DNA of 52,945 bases from positions 1-52,945 of the forward strand of contig CAWWCC010000001.1 in the NCBI GenBank assembly GCA_963935315.1. The letters run 5' to 3'. The notes under the pieces were generated by a model. That model saw only the letters and a program-made list of their open reading frames with translations. It was not told the origin of the DNA and searched no databases. This document shows, piece by piece, positions 1 through 11,000 of the stretch. Numbering within the stretch: position 1 is the first letter of the stretch; each line of letters opens with the position of its first letter. A program made the translations under genes and the position numbers. Source of the DNA: an uncultured Planctomycetaceae bacterium (GTDB lineage Bacteria > Planctomycetota > Planctomycetia > Pirellulales > Lacipirellulaceae).

Positions 1-212
1 CTTCCCGAGGTTGTTACCGATGTTGGCGACGTCTCGGTTATTTCAAAACCACCCGATACATCGGTGCTATTGCCAATTTGAATATCTTCTTCAATAGACC
101 AACTTTCTACACCAGCGGGTAAGGCGGGTTCTGTTTCGTTGATTTTTAGATACAAAAACACGCCCACGAAGGCCAATACGGTAATCGTGGCAAGGGGTCG
201 AATCGAACTCAC
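1..212 (-). CDS. Partial CDS running off the window start; protein with an N-terminal membrane anchor
   Basis: Not in the ORF track. Manual translation from GTG at 212 (GGAG upstream) gives MSSIRPLATITVLAFVGVFLYLKINETEPALPAG..., open to base 1, with a hydrophobic anchor followed by a S/T/E-rich linker. Confidence 0.65.
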   Translation of the reverse strand, partial: MSSIRPLATITVLAFVGVFLYLKINETEPALPAGVESWSIEEDIQIGNSTDVSGGFEITETSPTSVTTSG

Positions 213-521
213 GGTCGTTCTCCAAAATGGAATCATCAAAATACGAGCGGCTCGGATAATAGGTAAACTGCGAAAAGCAATCCAGCTCAGTCTGGGTGAA
301 AGCTATAAATATCGATTGCAGGACTCAAGATTTGCTAGCATACGTTGTATCAGGAGACTTTCTCCAGCAAGAACTGGAAGACTGACGAATGGAAGAAGAT
401 CCCCCTCTCGAATCTTGGGCCTAACCAGGGTAAGGCCTGGGATAGCAGATGCTTTTGGAGGGTTCGTTGCGTTACCACTTGGTCGGTAATGTGTAGTCAT
501 TCAATCTTTGTGCAGGCACTC

Positions 522-1034
522 ATGCAAAAATCGCTCAAAACTTACAACTGGCGCCGTATCCTTTGGAGAGGACTCGTCTGTGGAATGCTCTGCATGCTAG
601 CTGTTTTTATTTGCATCGCAGTACAAATTGATGATTGGAGTCGCGACCTGACAACGAATTATGCTGAAACTCACGCGGATGCCAGCGACCCAAGATTGCG
701 TAGTTTGCGGCTGAAAGCCAAACCTGAGGAAATACGTAGAATTATCGCTGCCTTTACCAGAAATAATACTGGCTGGGAGTTGGTCGACAGTCAGGTAAGT
801 TTGGACGAGTCACACATCAAGCTCATCCACATAACTCCGATCATGCGATTTGTCGACGATGTGCAGATCATTCTTCGTGCCTCACCATCGGGCACCCCAC
901 CATCTAGTACTCGAGTCGACATCTCCAGCCATTCGCGTGTTGGCAAAGCTGACTTGGGCCAGAATCCAAGAAACATCTATGAGCTACATCAAGCACTGCG
1001 AGAACAATTCGCTGAATGGGACCTTGAAGATTGA
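522..1034 (+). CDS. DUF1499-family protein with an N-terminal TM segment
   Basis: TPIMRFVDDV...SHSRVGKADLGQNPRNI matches the DUF1499 signature. ATG 522 is preferred over the track start at 345. Confidence 0.75.
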   Translation: MQKSLKTYNWRRILWRGLVCGMLCMLAVFICIAVQIDDWSRDLTTNYAETHADASDPRLRSLRLKAKPEEIRRIIAAFTRNNTGWELVDSQVSLDESHIKLIHITPIMRFVDDVQIILRASPSGTPPSSTRVDISSHSRVGKADLGQNPRNIYELHQALREQFAEWDLED

Positions 1035-1040
1035 ATGCCT

Positions 1041-1727
1041 TTAGTATTCTGGATCCACCACTCCACCTTCGGGCAACATTTCTTGCAATGGGCAGCTCTC
1101 ACACCTGGGTTTCTTGCGGCAATAATGATGGCCAATATTTACCATAAGAGCATGCATCTCATTATAGATCGCGATATCCTTTGGCAACTCGCTGGTTAAA
1201 TGATCTTGTAACTGGTGATAATCCAATTCATAACTTACCCAACCATGCCTGGAAAAAATCCTGTGGGTATAGGTGTCAACTACCATGGCTGGCATTTCTA
1301 ATGCGTAAAGCAAAATTGAATCCGCCGTCTCTGGCCCAATGCCATGAACTCCAAGTAGTTGTTCTCTTAGCGTGTGCATGTCCGCATTGCGCATGGCATC
1401 AATCGAGCCTTCATACTCACGCATGATAAATTCCATCAAACTACGCAATCGCTTTGTTTTGAGCCGAAAATAGCCTGCTGGCCGAATCAACTCTGCCAGT
1501 TCGGTGGGTTGTATTTCAAGCAAACGGTCGGGTTGAAATAAATCTTCCTCGCGCAAGTTTTCGATGGCACGCTGTACATTTTTCCAGGCTGTGTTTTGGA
1601 CCAAGACGGCACCAACCATCACCTCCAGAGGGGATTCGCCAGGCCACCAACTTTGGGGTCCAACATTGTCAAGTAAAATTCTGAAAACTTTATGCGCTTT
1701 GCTGAGCAATTTTTTAGTGACCTCCAA
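1041..1727 (-). CDS. HhH-GPD base-excision DNA glycosylase (endonuclease III-related)
   Basis: WWP..EVMVGAVLVQNTAW, HhH motif LLGVHGIGPETADSIL, catalytic VVDTY, C-terminal Cys cluster CRKKPRCESCPL. Confidence 0.9.
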   Translation of the reverse strand: MEVTKKLLSKAHKVFRILLDNVGPQSWWPGESPLEVMVGAVLVQNTAWKNVQRAIENLREEDLFQPDRLLEIQPTELAELIRPAGYFRLKTKRLRSLMEFIMREYEGSIDAMRNADMHTLREQLLGVHGIGPETADSILLYALEMPAMVVDTYTHRIFSRHGWVSYELDYHQLQDHLTSELPKDIAIYNEMHALMVNIGHHYCRKKPRCESCPLQEMLPEGGVVDPEY

Positions 1728-1905
1728 AATTTCTTTTACGGGTAGCTTGCTAGCAACCTACGAACCGGAAAGAATAAAAGAAAGAGCCGTGTCAAGATCG
1801 AATCCAGACAGTCCATTTCGACGAAAGAATCTCCCTTTGTGGCGCACCCGCTTGGCAACTATAATCAAAGCTTATTCATAATTCACTTGAGAAGAGATTC
1901 CTACT

Positions 1906-2448
1906 GTGTTATCCGTTCGACCTAAAATTGCCGAGTTGGTTTTTCAACTTTATGGCAGATCCATACATCCCGAACTATTCGAAATATACCAGTCACGTAG
2001 TATCGAACGCGGAAAATACAAAGCAACTGTCCAGATCACAAGTGCCGGCCATTTAGTGACTTGGCAATATGGCGATTTATTACTCACGGAAGTTGCAACT
2101 TCTGCACATTTTCCTCTTCCCCAGAAACGCAGATTAATGTCGTATCGCTTGAAAGGGGATATGGCAGAGCGTCTGCAGTGTCGTGGTGGTATTCAGTACG
2201 AAATGTCTTTCAGCTTGGAGCCAACACTTCCAGAGAAATTCATGTCTTATCAGAATCAGCTTACCCTACAAGCAACACGTCAGGGTATGCTGCAACAATT
2301 TGAAGCAAGTGGACGACTCGATACTGGGGCCATGAGTTATATTAATGTAGACAGCCGTGACAAAACCTTCCGCGTGCAGGCTTTTCACACGTTTCCAGAT
2401 GATTGTGCCGTACTCAAAATTCAGTCGGCGATTCAATTACCCAAGTAG
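1906..2448 (+). CDS. DUF2617-like protein
   Basis: 180-aa ORF with GRSIHPELF and FHTFPDD motifs recalled for this family; TATAAT at ~1860 upstream. Confidence 0.6.
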   Translation: MLSVRPKIAELVFQLYGRSIHPELFEIYQSRSIERGKYKATVQITSAGHLVTWQYGDLLLTEVATSAHFPLPQKRRLMSYRLKGDMAERLQCRGGIQYEMSFSLEPTLPEKFMSYQNQLTLQATRQGMLQQFEASGRLDTGAMSYINVDSRDKTFRVQAFHTFPDDCAVLKIQSAIQLPK

Positions 2449-2461
2449 TCCGGAACACTAC

Positions 2462-2499
2462 TTTCCTGCAACGCGTCTTTTTTCCTGCAACGCGTCTTT
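2462..2499. repeat. Perfect 19-bp tandem duplication (TTTCCTGCAACGCGTCTTT x2)
   Basis: Read directly; lies between convergent genes. Confidence 0.95.
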
Positions 2500-2513
2500 C
2501 CAAAATCGCTTTG

Positions 2514-4400
2514 TCAATTTTTTTCCCGCGTGAATTCCTTTTCAAAGAGGGCTAGTTGGCGATGCATGACCTGCATGTGGGGGTGTAGTTTGACAGCTTG
2601 GCGCTGATAGCGAAGCGCATTCTCCAAATCTCCTGCCGCAAAATAACAACGGCCCAAAGTATCTAAAAAACTTGCCCTTCCAGGTGCCAACTCAAGTGAA
2701 CGATGAGAAAACTTAATCGCTTTTTGAAAGTCTCCTTCGGTATTGCTCACTAACCAGGCCCAATGGTTTAGACTGGATATATCATTCGGGTTTTTTTTTA
2801 TGCTATCTTCCAATTTTTTACAAACTGTCTTAATTTGGCTCTGAACCCCTTTGCGATAAGTGTCATTTGCTCCTTGAAGATGGTATTTCGAAATTAAAAC
2901 ATCGGGATCCTCCATGGTATACATGGCAGCTCGATCTAAATATTTGCGTTGGGCTTTGTAATCCCCTTGGGCTTCTGAATGGCAAGCCATGAAAAACGCT
3001 CGTTGTGTCCGCATGCTTTTAATCAATTCGCGATCGCCTGGATCACGAAGAAGACGCCGTTTGATATCAGCAGACGCCTCAATTGCATCGAGCGTTTCGG
3101 TTAATAATTCTGCTGCGACAATGTCTTCGCCTCGATCGTGCAACCGGAGTGAAGCATAGGAGAAACGCGCAGACATCGAAGCACTGGACGTCGCCGGATC
3201 CTCTTCAATGACATGTTTCCATTCACGTTCTGCCCAATCATGGCGTCCCAACTCGGACATCAAGGAGGCGAAGTCATTGTAGAGTTGCACTTCTTTTAAA
3301 ACGATTTCGAAGCCCCGACTGGCAAACTCCTCAGCCTCTTGGATACGCCCCTGCTGCCCTCGTGCAATGGCCGACAGGTACAGCATAAGACGGTCCGTTT
3401 CGAATTCCTGCTGATAATAACTTTCTAAATTGTCCAGCACTTTCCATTGTTGATGTTCAATTGCCCACACAGCACCAAACGCCAGTGCAATCTGCGAAGT
3501 TCCCCCTTGGCGGTAGAGTATATAAATGAGCTTTTCATAGTCAGTCCACTCAATGGCATTGATAATGCTATTGGTCGAATCGTCAAAGGTTTGATCCCTG
3601 AGATCAATGCGTCTTCGCAGTGTCTCAAAAACAGATTTCGAATCATTCGCTTGCACCCCCAACTGCAAATGGAATCGCAAGAATTCTAGAATCGTGGACA
3701 ACTGGAAATCTTCATCCTCAACTTCTTGCTGAATCAACTGCAATTCTGCATCAATCAATGGCAACCATTTCGGATTGACAAATTCTGGTCGCTGCAATTG
3801 ATCGAGGTACATGCGCAGCCACTGAACTGGGATACTTTCAGCGTCACCAATTTCATCGAGAATTGTCTCACGAACATTCGAAATTCGGTGGCTATGTTTT
3901 ACTTTTCCACCAAGAATGGCGACAGCTGCCTGTCGGGATAAAATGGGCGAAGCATCATAGCGTGCAATACGGCATAAAGCACCCAACCCAAGATCTTTTT
4001 CCAAGGCTGCCAGCTGAGAAATCCGGTCACGCCGTGATGCAACCGAAAACTCACCATAACCCTTCATTAGCTTTCGAATGTCAGATGGGTCTTCTGGATG
4101 GACCCATTGCACACGTATGAGATAGAGAATGTACTTGGCACGTGTGGCAATTTCTAGATCTGAGTTTAATTCGGCCGCTTGCAAATCATCAAACGCATCA
4201 GCACCAAAATCAATGAGTTGTGCCTCTGCGCGACGTCGAATCAAATAGTCTTCGTGACCCAATTCGCCGATCAAACGCTGGATCAATTCAGCTTGCTGGC
4301 TGGATGAGGCAACAGATTCGTTGGCCAGGCATGAAAGGGTGCAGTCCCAACTTAGTACTATCACAAGGCTACCGGCCAGTACTTTGCACCTCATGTTCAT
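2514..4400 (-). CDS. Exported HEAT/TPR-repeat protein
   Basis: Signal-like N-terminus, HEAT-like LGHEDYLIRRRAEAQL, C-terminal TPRs (LNHWAWL...FLDTLGRCYFAAGDLENALRYQRQA). Confidence 0.8.
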   Translation of the reverse strand: MNMRCKVLAGSLVIVLSWDCTLSCLANESVASSSQQAELIQRLIGELGHEDYLIRRRAEAQLIDFGADAFDDLQAAELNSDLEIATRAKYILYLIRVQWVHPEDPSDIRKLMKGYGEFSVASRRDRISQLAALEKDLGLGALCRIARYDASPILSRQAAVAILGGKVKHSHRISNVRETILDEIGDAESIPVQWLRMYLDQLQRPEFVNPKWLPLIDAELQLIQQEVEDEDFQLSTILEFLRFHLQLGVQANDSKSVFETLRRRIDLRDQTFDDSTNSIINAIEWTDYEKLIYILYRQGGTSQIALAFGAVWAIEHQQWKVLDNLESYYQQEFETDRLMLYLSAIARGQQGRIQEAEEFASRGFEIVLKEVQLYNDFASLMSELGRHDWAEREWKHVIEEDPATSSASMSARFSYASLRLHDRGEDIVAAELLTETLDAIEASADIKRRLLRDPGDRELIKSMRTQRAFFMACHSEAQGDYKAQRKYLDRAAMYTMEDPDVLISKYHLQGANDTYRKGVQSQIKTVCKKLEDSIKKNPNDISSLNHWAWLVSNTEGDFQKAIKFSHRSLELAPGRASFLDTLGRCYFAAGDLENALRYQRQAVKLHPHMQVMHRQLALFEKEFTREKN

Positions 4401-4419
4401 GCAAACATCCTCTTAAGAA

Positions 4420-4854
4420 TCAGCGGTTTCCTTCCATCCTCTTTATATACTCTCTCAGCCTCTCGTTTTCGTCTCTCGTACTACGAACTTCCAACATTAT
4501 TTGAACGCGCTTGTTCAGTTCTACCTTATTGACAGGCTTGGACAAAAAGTCATCTGTACCCGCTTCGACAGCCCGTTCTATATCCCCCAGTTCATTGAGA
4601 GCCGTGACCATCAAGATCATTATTCCGCTAGTCGCTTGATCACTCTTCAACCGCTGACATACCTCAAATCCACTCAGCTTAGGCATCATGATATCGAGTA
4701 GGATCAAGTCGGGTTCGAACGATGCGACTTTGTCGAGCGTATCCTGACCATCAACAGCAATGGATGTTTCGACATCAAGACCACCTAAGTATGCCTCCAA
4801 AAGCTCGACGTTGGCTTCATTATCATCGGCGATTAAAATACGTGATTTGGACAT
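4420..4854 (-). CDS. Single-domain response regulator (REC)
   Basis: ILIADD, DLILLDIMMP (phospho-Asp), VTA, FLSKP. Confidence 0.95.
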   Translation of the reverse strand: MSKSRILIADDNEANVELLEAYLGGLDVETSIAVDGQDTLDKVASFEPDLILLDIMMPKLSGFEVCQRLKSDQATSGIMILMVTALNELGDIERAVEAGTDDFLSKPVNKVELNKRVQIMLEVRSTRDENERLREYIKRMEGNR

Positions 4855-5035
4855 AATAGAATTACTCTAGCAACGTGAAATCTAACCACGTTTCTCCATA
4901 CAAAGTTAAATCTGCAAAAATCACAGTTCCCGCATCTTTTCCCAAACAAGGACCCTGTCTTTGTCATAAACCTTTACGGCGCTAAACGCAGGACTCTTGC
5001 CATCTCATTTTTTTCTTTGATTTTTCTTCCTTCAA

Positions 5036-6325
5036 CTAGGTGGCAGAGGAAGCCAGGGATTCGTTTAGTGTGGCAGCAGGTACCGGAAAGTGTTCGCACA
5101 GCTGGCGAACTTCTTCGCGTATTCGACTGTGCACACTGGCATCCTCCGCAGCACGAAGTGCTTCCAGTATCCACCGTCCCACAGCACGTAATTCTTCTTC
5201 CCCCATACCTCTCGAGGTCAGCGCCGGGGTTCCGAGACGTATCCCAGACGGGTCTACGGGCTTCCTTTCATCAAAGGGGATCATATTTTTATTTACAGTC
5301 ATACCGCAAGCCTCCAAGACCGACTCGGCCAATTTGCCTCCCACACCAAGCGGAGTGACGTTTACCAGTACCAGATGGTTATCCGTACCGCCACTCACCA
5401 AACTCAATCCGCCACTGGCCAGTGTCTCGGCAAGAGCCCGCGCGTTGTCGATTACCTGCTGTGCGTAAACCTTGAATTCTGGCTTCAAAGCCTCGCCAAA
5501 ACAAACGGCTTTGCCAGCAATCACATGCATGAGCGGTCCGCCCTGCAGACCTGGGAAGACTCTGCTATTAAGTACTTTGGCGTATTCTTTCTTAGCCAGG
5601 CAAATTCCTCCACGTGGTCCACGCAAAGTTTTATGGGTTGTGGAGGTGACAAAATCGGCCACCTCGACAGGATTATCGTGCAACCCAGCTGCTACAAGCC
5701 CAGCATAATGTGCCATATCAACCATCAATTTTGCCCGAACATCGTTTGCTATTTCGGCGAATCGTGAGTGAAGGATCTCACGAGGGTAGGCGCTAGCTCC
5801 CGCAACAATCAATTTGGGTTTGTGCTCTTTGGCAAGCTTAGCAACCTGATCGAAATCAATCCGATGGTCATCTGCGCGCACACCATAGCTGACGAAGTTG
5901 TACAACATTCCCGAAACATTGAGCTTCATGCCGTGGGTAAGATGCCCACCATGTGCCAAATCAAGGCCGAGCACCGTATCGCCAGGCTCGAGTGAGGCAA
6001 GATAGATGGCCATGTTGGCTTGCGAACCTGAGTGTGGCTGCACATTGGCATACTCTGCTCCGAAAAGTTCTTTGACTCGATTACGTGCAAGGTCCTCAAT
6101 CACGTCAACATATTCGCAGCCGCCATAGTACCTGCGACCTGGATAACCTTCTGCGTATTTATTGGTCAATACACTGCCAGCGGCTTGCATCACCGCAGGA
6201 CTGGTGTAATTTTCGCTCGCAATTAACTCCAGTCCGTCATGTTGACGTCTCATTTCGTCGGTAACGGCAGACCAGACTTCAGGATCTCCGCTAGCTAGAT
6301 AATTGGTAGCCCTATCGTTGGTCAT
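5036..6325 (-). CDS. glyA: Serine hydroxymethyltransferase
   Basis: [35 protein letters not shown] (PLP lysine), GGTDNH. Confidence 0.98.
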   Translation of the reverse strand: MTNDRATNYLASGDPEVWSAVTDEMRRQHDGLELIASENYTSPAVMQAAGSVLTNKYAEGYPGRRYYGGCEYVDVIEDLARNRVKELFGAEYANVQPHSGSQANMAIYLASLEPGDTVLGLDLAHGGHLTHGMKLNVSGMLYNFVSYGVRADDHRIDFDQVAKLAKEHKPKLIVAGASAYPREILHSRFAEIANDVRAKLMVDMAHYAGLVAAGLHDNPVEVADFVTSTTHKTLRGPRGGICLAKKEYAKVLNSRVFPGLQGGPLMHVIAGKAVCFGEALKPEFKVYAQQVIDNARALAETLASGGLSLVSGGTDNHLVLVNVTPLGVGGKLAESVLEACGMTVNKNMIPFDERKPVDPSGIRLGTPALTSRGMGEEELRAVGRWILEALRAAEDASVHSRIREEVRQLCEHFPVPAATLNESLASSAT

Positions 6326-6393
6326 CGATTCCTCATCATTTCATCGTAAGTATTGATTTCACACTTCGCGTGCATAGAACCCCCCGCTCCTGC

Positions 6394-6471
6394 GCAGTAC
6401 CCTAAACTTCACAACGAGCGGTACGCTAAACTTCGTAACGAAACGTATGCAATATGCAGGCCATGCAGGCC
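6394..6471. repeat. 24-bp imperfect duplication (20/24) and 9-bp perfect duplication in the glyA leader
   Basis: 6394-6417 vs 6418-6441; ATGCAGGCC x2 at 6454-6471. Confidence 0.8.
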
Positions 6472-6589
6472 AGAACCTCTCCGAAACCCCTCTCCAATAA
6501 CCGAGCAAGGATTCTGGAAAGAGTCGATTCCAGGACAGACTCATAGTCCATTCGTTCCATAGGACATTTGCAGCACCGGAACATAAGCT

Positions 6590-6618
6590 ATTGTCGAGCT
6601 ACCACCCAGAGGTGTCAA
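6590..6618 (-). promoter_or_regulatory. Putative sigma70 promoter for glyA
   Basis: Minus strand TTGACA-17 bp-GACAAT, about 260 nt upstream of the glyA start. Confidence 0.5.
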
Positions 6619-7931
6619 TCGTCTGGAAAACGGCCCAGAGCGATACGGGCCGTCAGCTGACCTCGATTATCAGATAATCTGGCAGGCGAATCGTTGACTC
6701 GCAGATAGAGGACTCCGTCATGTTCAGGTTTCAGGACTGCCTGCAACCCGATGGGCACGGGGTGCGAAAACTTTCCACCCTCCCCTCGCCAGGCACCCAC
6801 CAATTTGCCCAATGGTTGACCCGCATGGTATTGGAGGGTCACACCTCCCGGTTCGCAAAGCCAGGGCTTTGTATCGTAGGCAATCGTGTACTGGCCGGTC
6901 GCAGCAATTTGGTATTCTTTGCCGCCTCGTAGCAACCAGCCTGTCGACTGCCATCCTTGATCCGCTGCGATCTTGATTGTGGCTGTCTTCTCAAGTGGTT
7001 TACCAGCACGATGCCGAATGACCATCCTTGGAATATCGTAACCATAATCCAAAGACCTGATATACGCTTGCCATTCAAGACGCAGTTCTAACCAGTCCTT
7101 CTGGAAAGACTCTCGGAAAAAGTCGTTGAACTCGCGATCGGCAACATGGGAAGGCAATTGGCGAAACCTTTTTTGCCAGCGGGGGTGCGCGTCTAAAAAC
7201 TTACACAGAGCCCAACACCAGGCGTACTCTTCTGTCGAAAAAGTACGTCGTTTGTCAATCGATAATACCGCTTGTAATCCCAATGCCTTCTCTGCATAAC
7301 AAGCTTCTTGAATCAACTTGACGCGGCCCCACATGGGCACCTGTTGACGAACTTCCGGAAACCAGCGGAGGTGCAGATTGCCCTCCTGCCAATGATGTGT
7401 GCCAAATAACTCTGCCATGCCTTCCATGTACCATCCAGCCCCCACACCACCAAGCATTGCATGCATGAATCCATGCGTGCCTTCGTGCAAGAGCAAATGC
7501 CTCATGTAGTAGTCGCTAGGTTGCTCAACCATCCACAATTGCTGAGTATTGGCAAATCCATTTACAAAATCAGGCCTTCCTTGAGGAAGCCAACCTAGTG
7601 CGGAAAACTTTGCACGATCTCGTATAACATAAGCGTGCATTTTCCACTTTTGGATTCGATTGTCAGAAATTCCAAAGTACTCGGCCCACAATGGGACAGC
7701 CTTGTCAAATACGATTGGCAATTCGTCAACGGTAGGACTCTTTGGCAAATCCGTATAAAGTCGCAAGTATCGGCTATTTAACTCGCGTATGCCTACCAAC
7801 TCTGCACGTCGCCTATCTGGTTCGACGAATTCTTCGCCAACTAGGGTGATAGGGCCACACCCCAGGTAAAACAGTAACCACAGAATCGATGCAGGGCATG
7901 TGCAACTACGGTAAGAATATTGGTCATACAC
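6615..7931 (-). CDS. Exported gluzincin-type metallopeptidase (DUF1570-like) with a C-terminal LecA/PA-IL-like domain
   Basis: LLLHEGTHG followed by WYMEGMAE; C-terminal GWQSTG...LYLRVNDSPARLSDNRG. Confidence 0.6.
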   Translation of the reverse strand: MYDQYSYRSCTCPASILWLLFYLGCGPITLVGEEFVEPDRRRAELVGIRELNSRYLRLYTDLPKSPTVDELPIVFDKAVPLWAEYFGISDNRIQKWKMHAYVIRDRAKFSALGWLPQGRPDFVNGFANTQQLWMVEQPSDYYMRHLLLHEGTHGFMHAMLGGVGAGWYMEGMAELFGTHHWQEGNLHLRWFPEVRQQVPMWGRVKLIQEACYAEKALGLQAVLSIDKRRTFSTEEYAWCWALCKFLDAHPRWQKRFRQLPSHVADREFNDFFRESFQKDWLELRLEWQAYIRSLDYGYDIPRMVIRHRAGKPLEKTATIKIAADQGWQSTGWLLRGGKEYQIAATGQYTIAYDTKPWLCEPGGVTLQYHAGQPLGKLVGAWRGEGGKFSHPVPIGLQAVLKPEHDGVLYLRVNDSPARLSDNRGQLTARIALGRFPDD

Positions 7932-8079
7932 AAATAGTTCCCAAGCAAATGAATAAATACCGGGATGCGTTCTGTCGACAAAGAAAGTTTTCTATATTTG
8001 ACTTGAAGCCAGAAACAATGGGTAAACGTACCATTGGATCCTCCATGATCACAGTATGACAGCACCCTTGCAATAGATT

Positions 8080-11000
8080 TCAACGTCCGCGAAAAAGTTT
8101 CTCGAGTTGACGATTGACCTCATCCCCAATGACCTGGGTGGCCGCTTCCTGGACAAAATGGGATAACAAATCACTAATCGCTCGCGAGTCTAATCTGGGA
8201 TTCTCAAAAGTTCCCTGCACAGGAATTTGGACAGCCTGTCCGGCCAATGAGCGCAAGTGTTTGCCCAACCATTTTTCTTGTAACGTGATCTCAAAAACCA
8301 GCGCCAGGCTTTGATCGAATCCTACCGATCCTCGGGACCTGATGGGCACATCGTCAATCTCAAATTCAAGCTCACGATGGTAAACGCGGCCCTGATCGAC
8401 GCGGAAATCTATATTGCGTTCTGTGACGGTCAAAGCACTAGATCCTCGTGGAGAAGCGGCCACTGCTAAAAATTGTTTACTCTTCGATAAGTTCTTTAGT
8501 TGACGCACCAGAACTTCTAATTCATGAAGTATTGGACCTGGTGCAATACGAAGATGATGTATGGTCAGTCGCCCTTCTGCCTGAGCCTGCTCAGGATTTG
8601 TAAAAGGAATTTGAGAGTCGTTTAAAGCAATCGAGAAATCTCCAGTAGTTCTTGTAGCGCCCGCAACGACAGGAGCAATATACTTGAGCATGGTATCACT
8701 AACCTGCGGAGAAATTTGTACTCTTGTCAACAACGGGCCACTGGGTATGAAGAGATGCTCTGCTCCCCTGGCAAGACGAATCTGTGGACGAGCGGTTAGC
8801 TTGCCTTGGCCTACGTCCAAATCCAAAGGCGCAATTTGCAGATGACCTTTGTCGAGTATGCCTTGAAGCTTTCCTGCACCTACAGCCAGTCCATACAAAG
8901 AAGCGGCAGACCATCCTGCATCTGCTGACACTTTCCAATCCTGCGAAGAGCCCGTCCCATCCGACTGTGGTAATTGTCCAGCTACTTGAAAATGGACCAG
9001 GCGATCACCTTGCAATTGAACGTCTGGTCCCAAGAATTTCATCAAGAGCCTGGATAAAGCCTGTGCGTCATACTGCACCTTTCCGTGAGCCTGAATTTTC
9101 TGAGCCGAGCTTATCTGCTCTATACCAGCCAGCCCACTCAGCTGTATGGTTTGGCCAAGGAGTTGAATATTTTGGAACTGCAAGCGATCTGCATCCATTT
9201 CATAGGAAGCCGTCCCTAAGAGTTGCAGATTCGGCTCTGACCATAGCAGTTCTGGACGTCTCGCACCCTGGTTCTGCATAATCTGAAGCTGTTTCGTGGT
9301 TGCCGAAAGGTTGGCTTGCACCATTCCCTGATTGCTAACAAGTTGGATCTGTCCTTGCGCCAATCCACGCGGCCAAAGCGACTCGGCTTGTGCAGATAAC
9401 TTGAGGGCTGACACCACACGTTCCAAATTCGCATTGAAAGCCATTCTTCCTGATGCGGTAAACGAGCCATCGTCTGCCTGATTCAAGGCAATATCACGCG
9501 TAATAAATGTGAGCGTACTACCACTCAACTGAAATTCCTGGGAAGAAAAATTCTGGGCTACTTTATCCCAGACAATCTTTCCAGAAAACTGAACCCGGGG
9601 TTCATCAATGGATAGCGTATCACTTTGGACACGCAGATTATTAATCGTGCCTGCTGAGCTATGGAGATGCAGAGTGTTGTCCATCAATTGCAACTCGGCG
9701 TGCAGTTGTGCCTGGCCTGCGAATTGCCATGTTCCAAAGTCGACAAACTGCCCTAGTTCGTGCGTGAATGCATCCAGGTCCAATTGGATATCACCTGCCA
9801 CCGTGTCTTGATCGGTGCCAAAAAGGGCTTCGGCAAATGGCGCGTTAATCGACAACTGCTCAATTCGTGGACTCTGAAAGCTACCCGCAAGCACTACCTG
9901 CCCATGAACGGGTTGTAAATGGATTGGCTGCCCTCGATGCCTACCAGCCAGATCTTGAATCTCAACGGAGGCTGTCCATGCAAGCCCGGGTTTTGAAGGT
10001 TGATTGCCTGCTTGAAAAGTCAATTGCCCGGTATCAATCTGCACGTCCTCACGTAATTGTAACGTGTGGGGCAACATGGCTGCCAATCGATTGAGCGCTA
10101 CCTCTCCAACAACGGACGTGTTGACTTGGGGCAGGTTGTTTGTATCCCAAGCCACCAACTCCGAAAGCGATAGCGTACCCTGAGCATTTATTTTGCTCCA
10201 ATCTGAAACCACTTCCATATGCTCAATTGAGATTTGATCATCTGCAATACTCAACTGCCATGGAACTTGGATCTGTTGAGAAACTAAAGTATCGCCTTGA
10301 AAGGCAGCAGACGTAAAAGCAAAATCTTGAACCTCTATGCGCCCTTTCGTCTGCAAAAGTAAACCGCGCTGAGGATCCATCGACCAGCGCAGTTGAGGAG
10401 CATCGATGGTAAGCGAACCTGTCAATTGCGCTCCCGGAATAGCACGTGCCAACCAGGGCTGCAATACATGCAATGGCAATCTCTCAGCTAGCAAATCAAG
10501 TTGCTGACCTCCCGATTCCATTTTGTGTAATTTGAATTTGAACTGACTTAGATCTCCACTTTGGGCGACCTCAATTTTAGCACTACCGGATATATCACCT
10601 TGTAAGTTTGCAATCACGTTGGTCCCGGCAAGCGACCATTTCTGTTGAGTCGTCGAATCCAGGCCATGCACAATACCCTCAATGATTTCAACGACTAATG
10701 TGGACTGCGTCTCGGAAGATGCCTTCTCTTCCGGCACAAGCTCGGTCAATAAATCTTCTACATTGCTCCCCTCAGGATGGGTAACCAGATAGACTGTGGG
10801 CTGTTGGAGCCTTATTTTGCCAAGGTCTGTCTGGTCAGCAATCAATGCCAACAGTGAACGATCGCAGTTTATCGATTCTGCGATAAAGAGAGGATTGCCT
10901 TCCGGATCAAAAATCGATACTCCGTAGAGAGACTGAGTGCCGGTCCAACCAAATAGGGCGCTCTGGCTTTCAATCCGCCAACCTGATGAAGGCAAAGCCA

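Noticed and set aside
6326-6590. ZTP (pfl), glycine or THF riboswitch before glyA
   Set aside because: The conserved aptamer sequences were not recognisable by eye.
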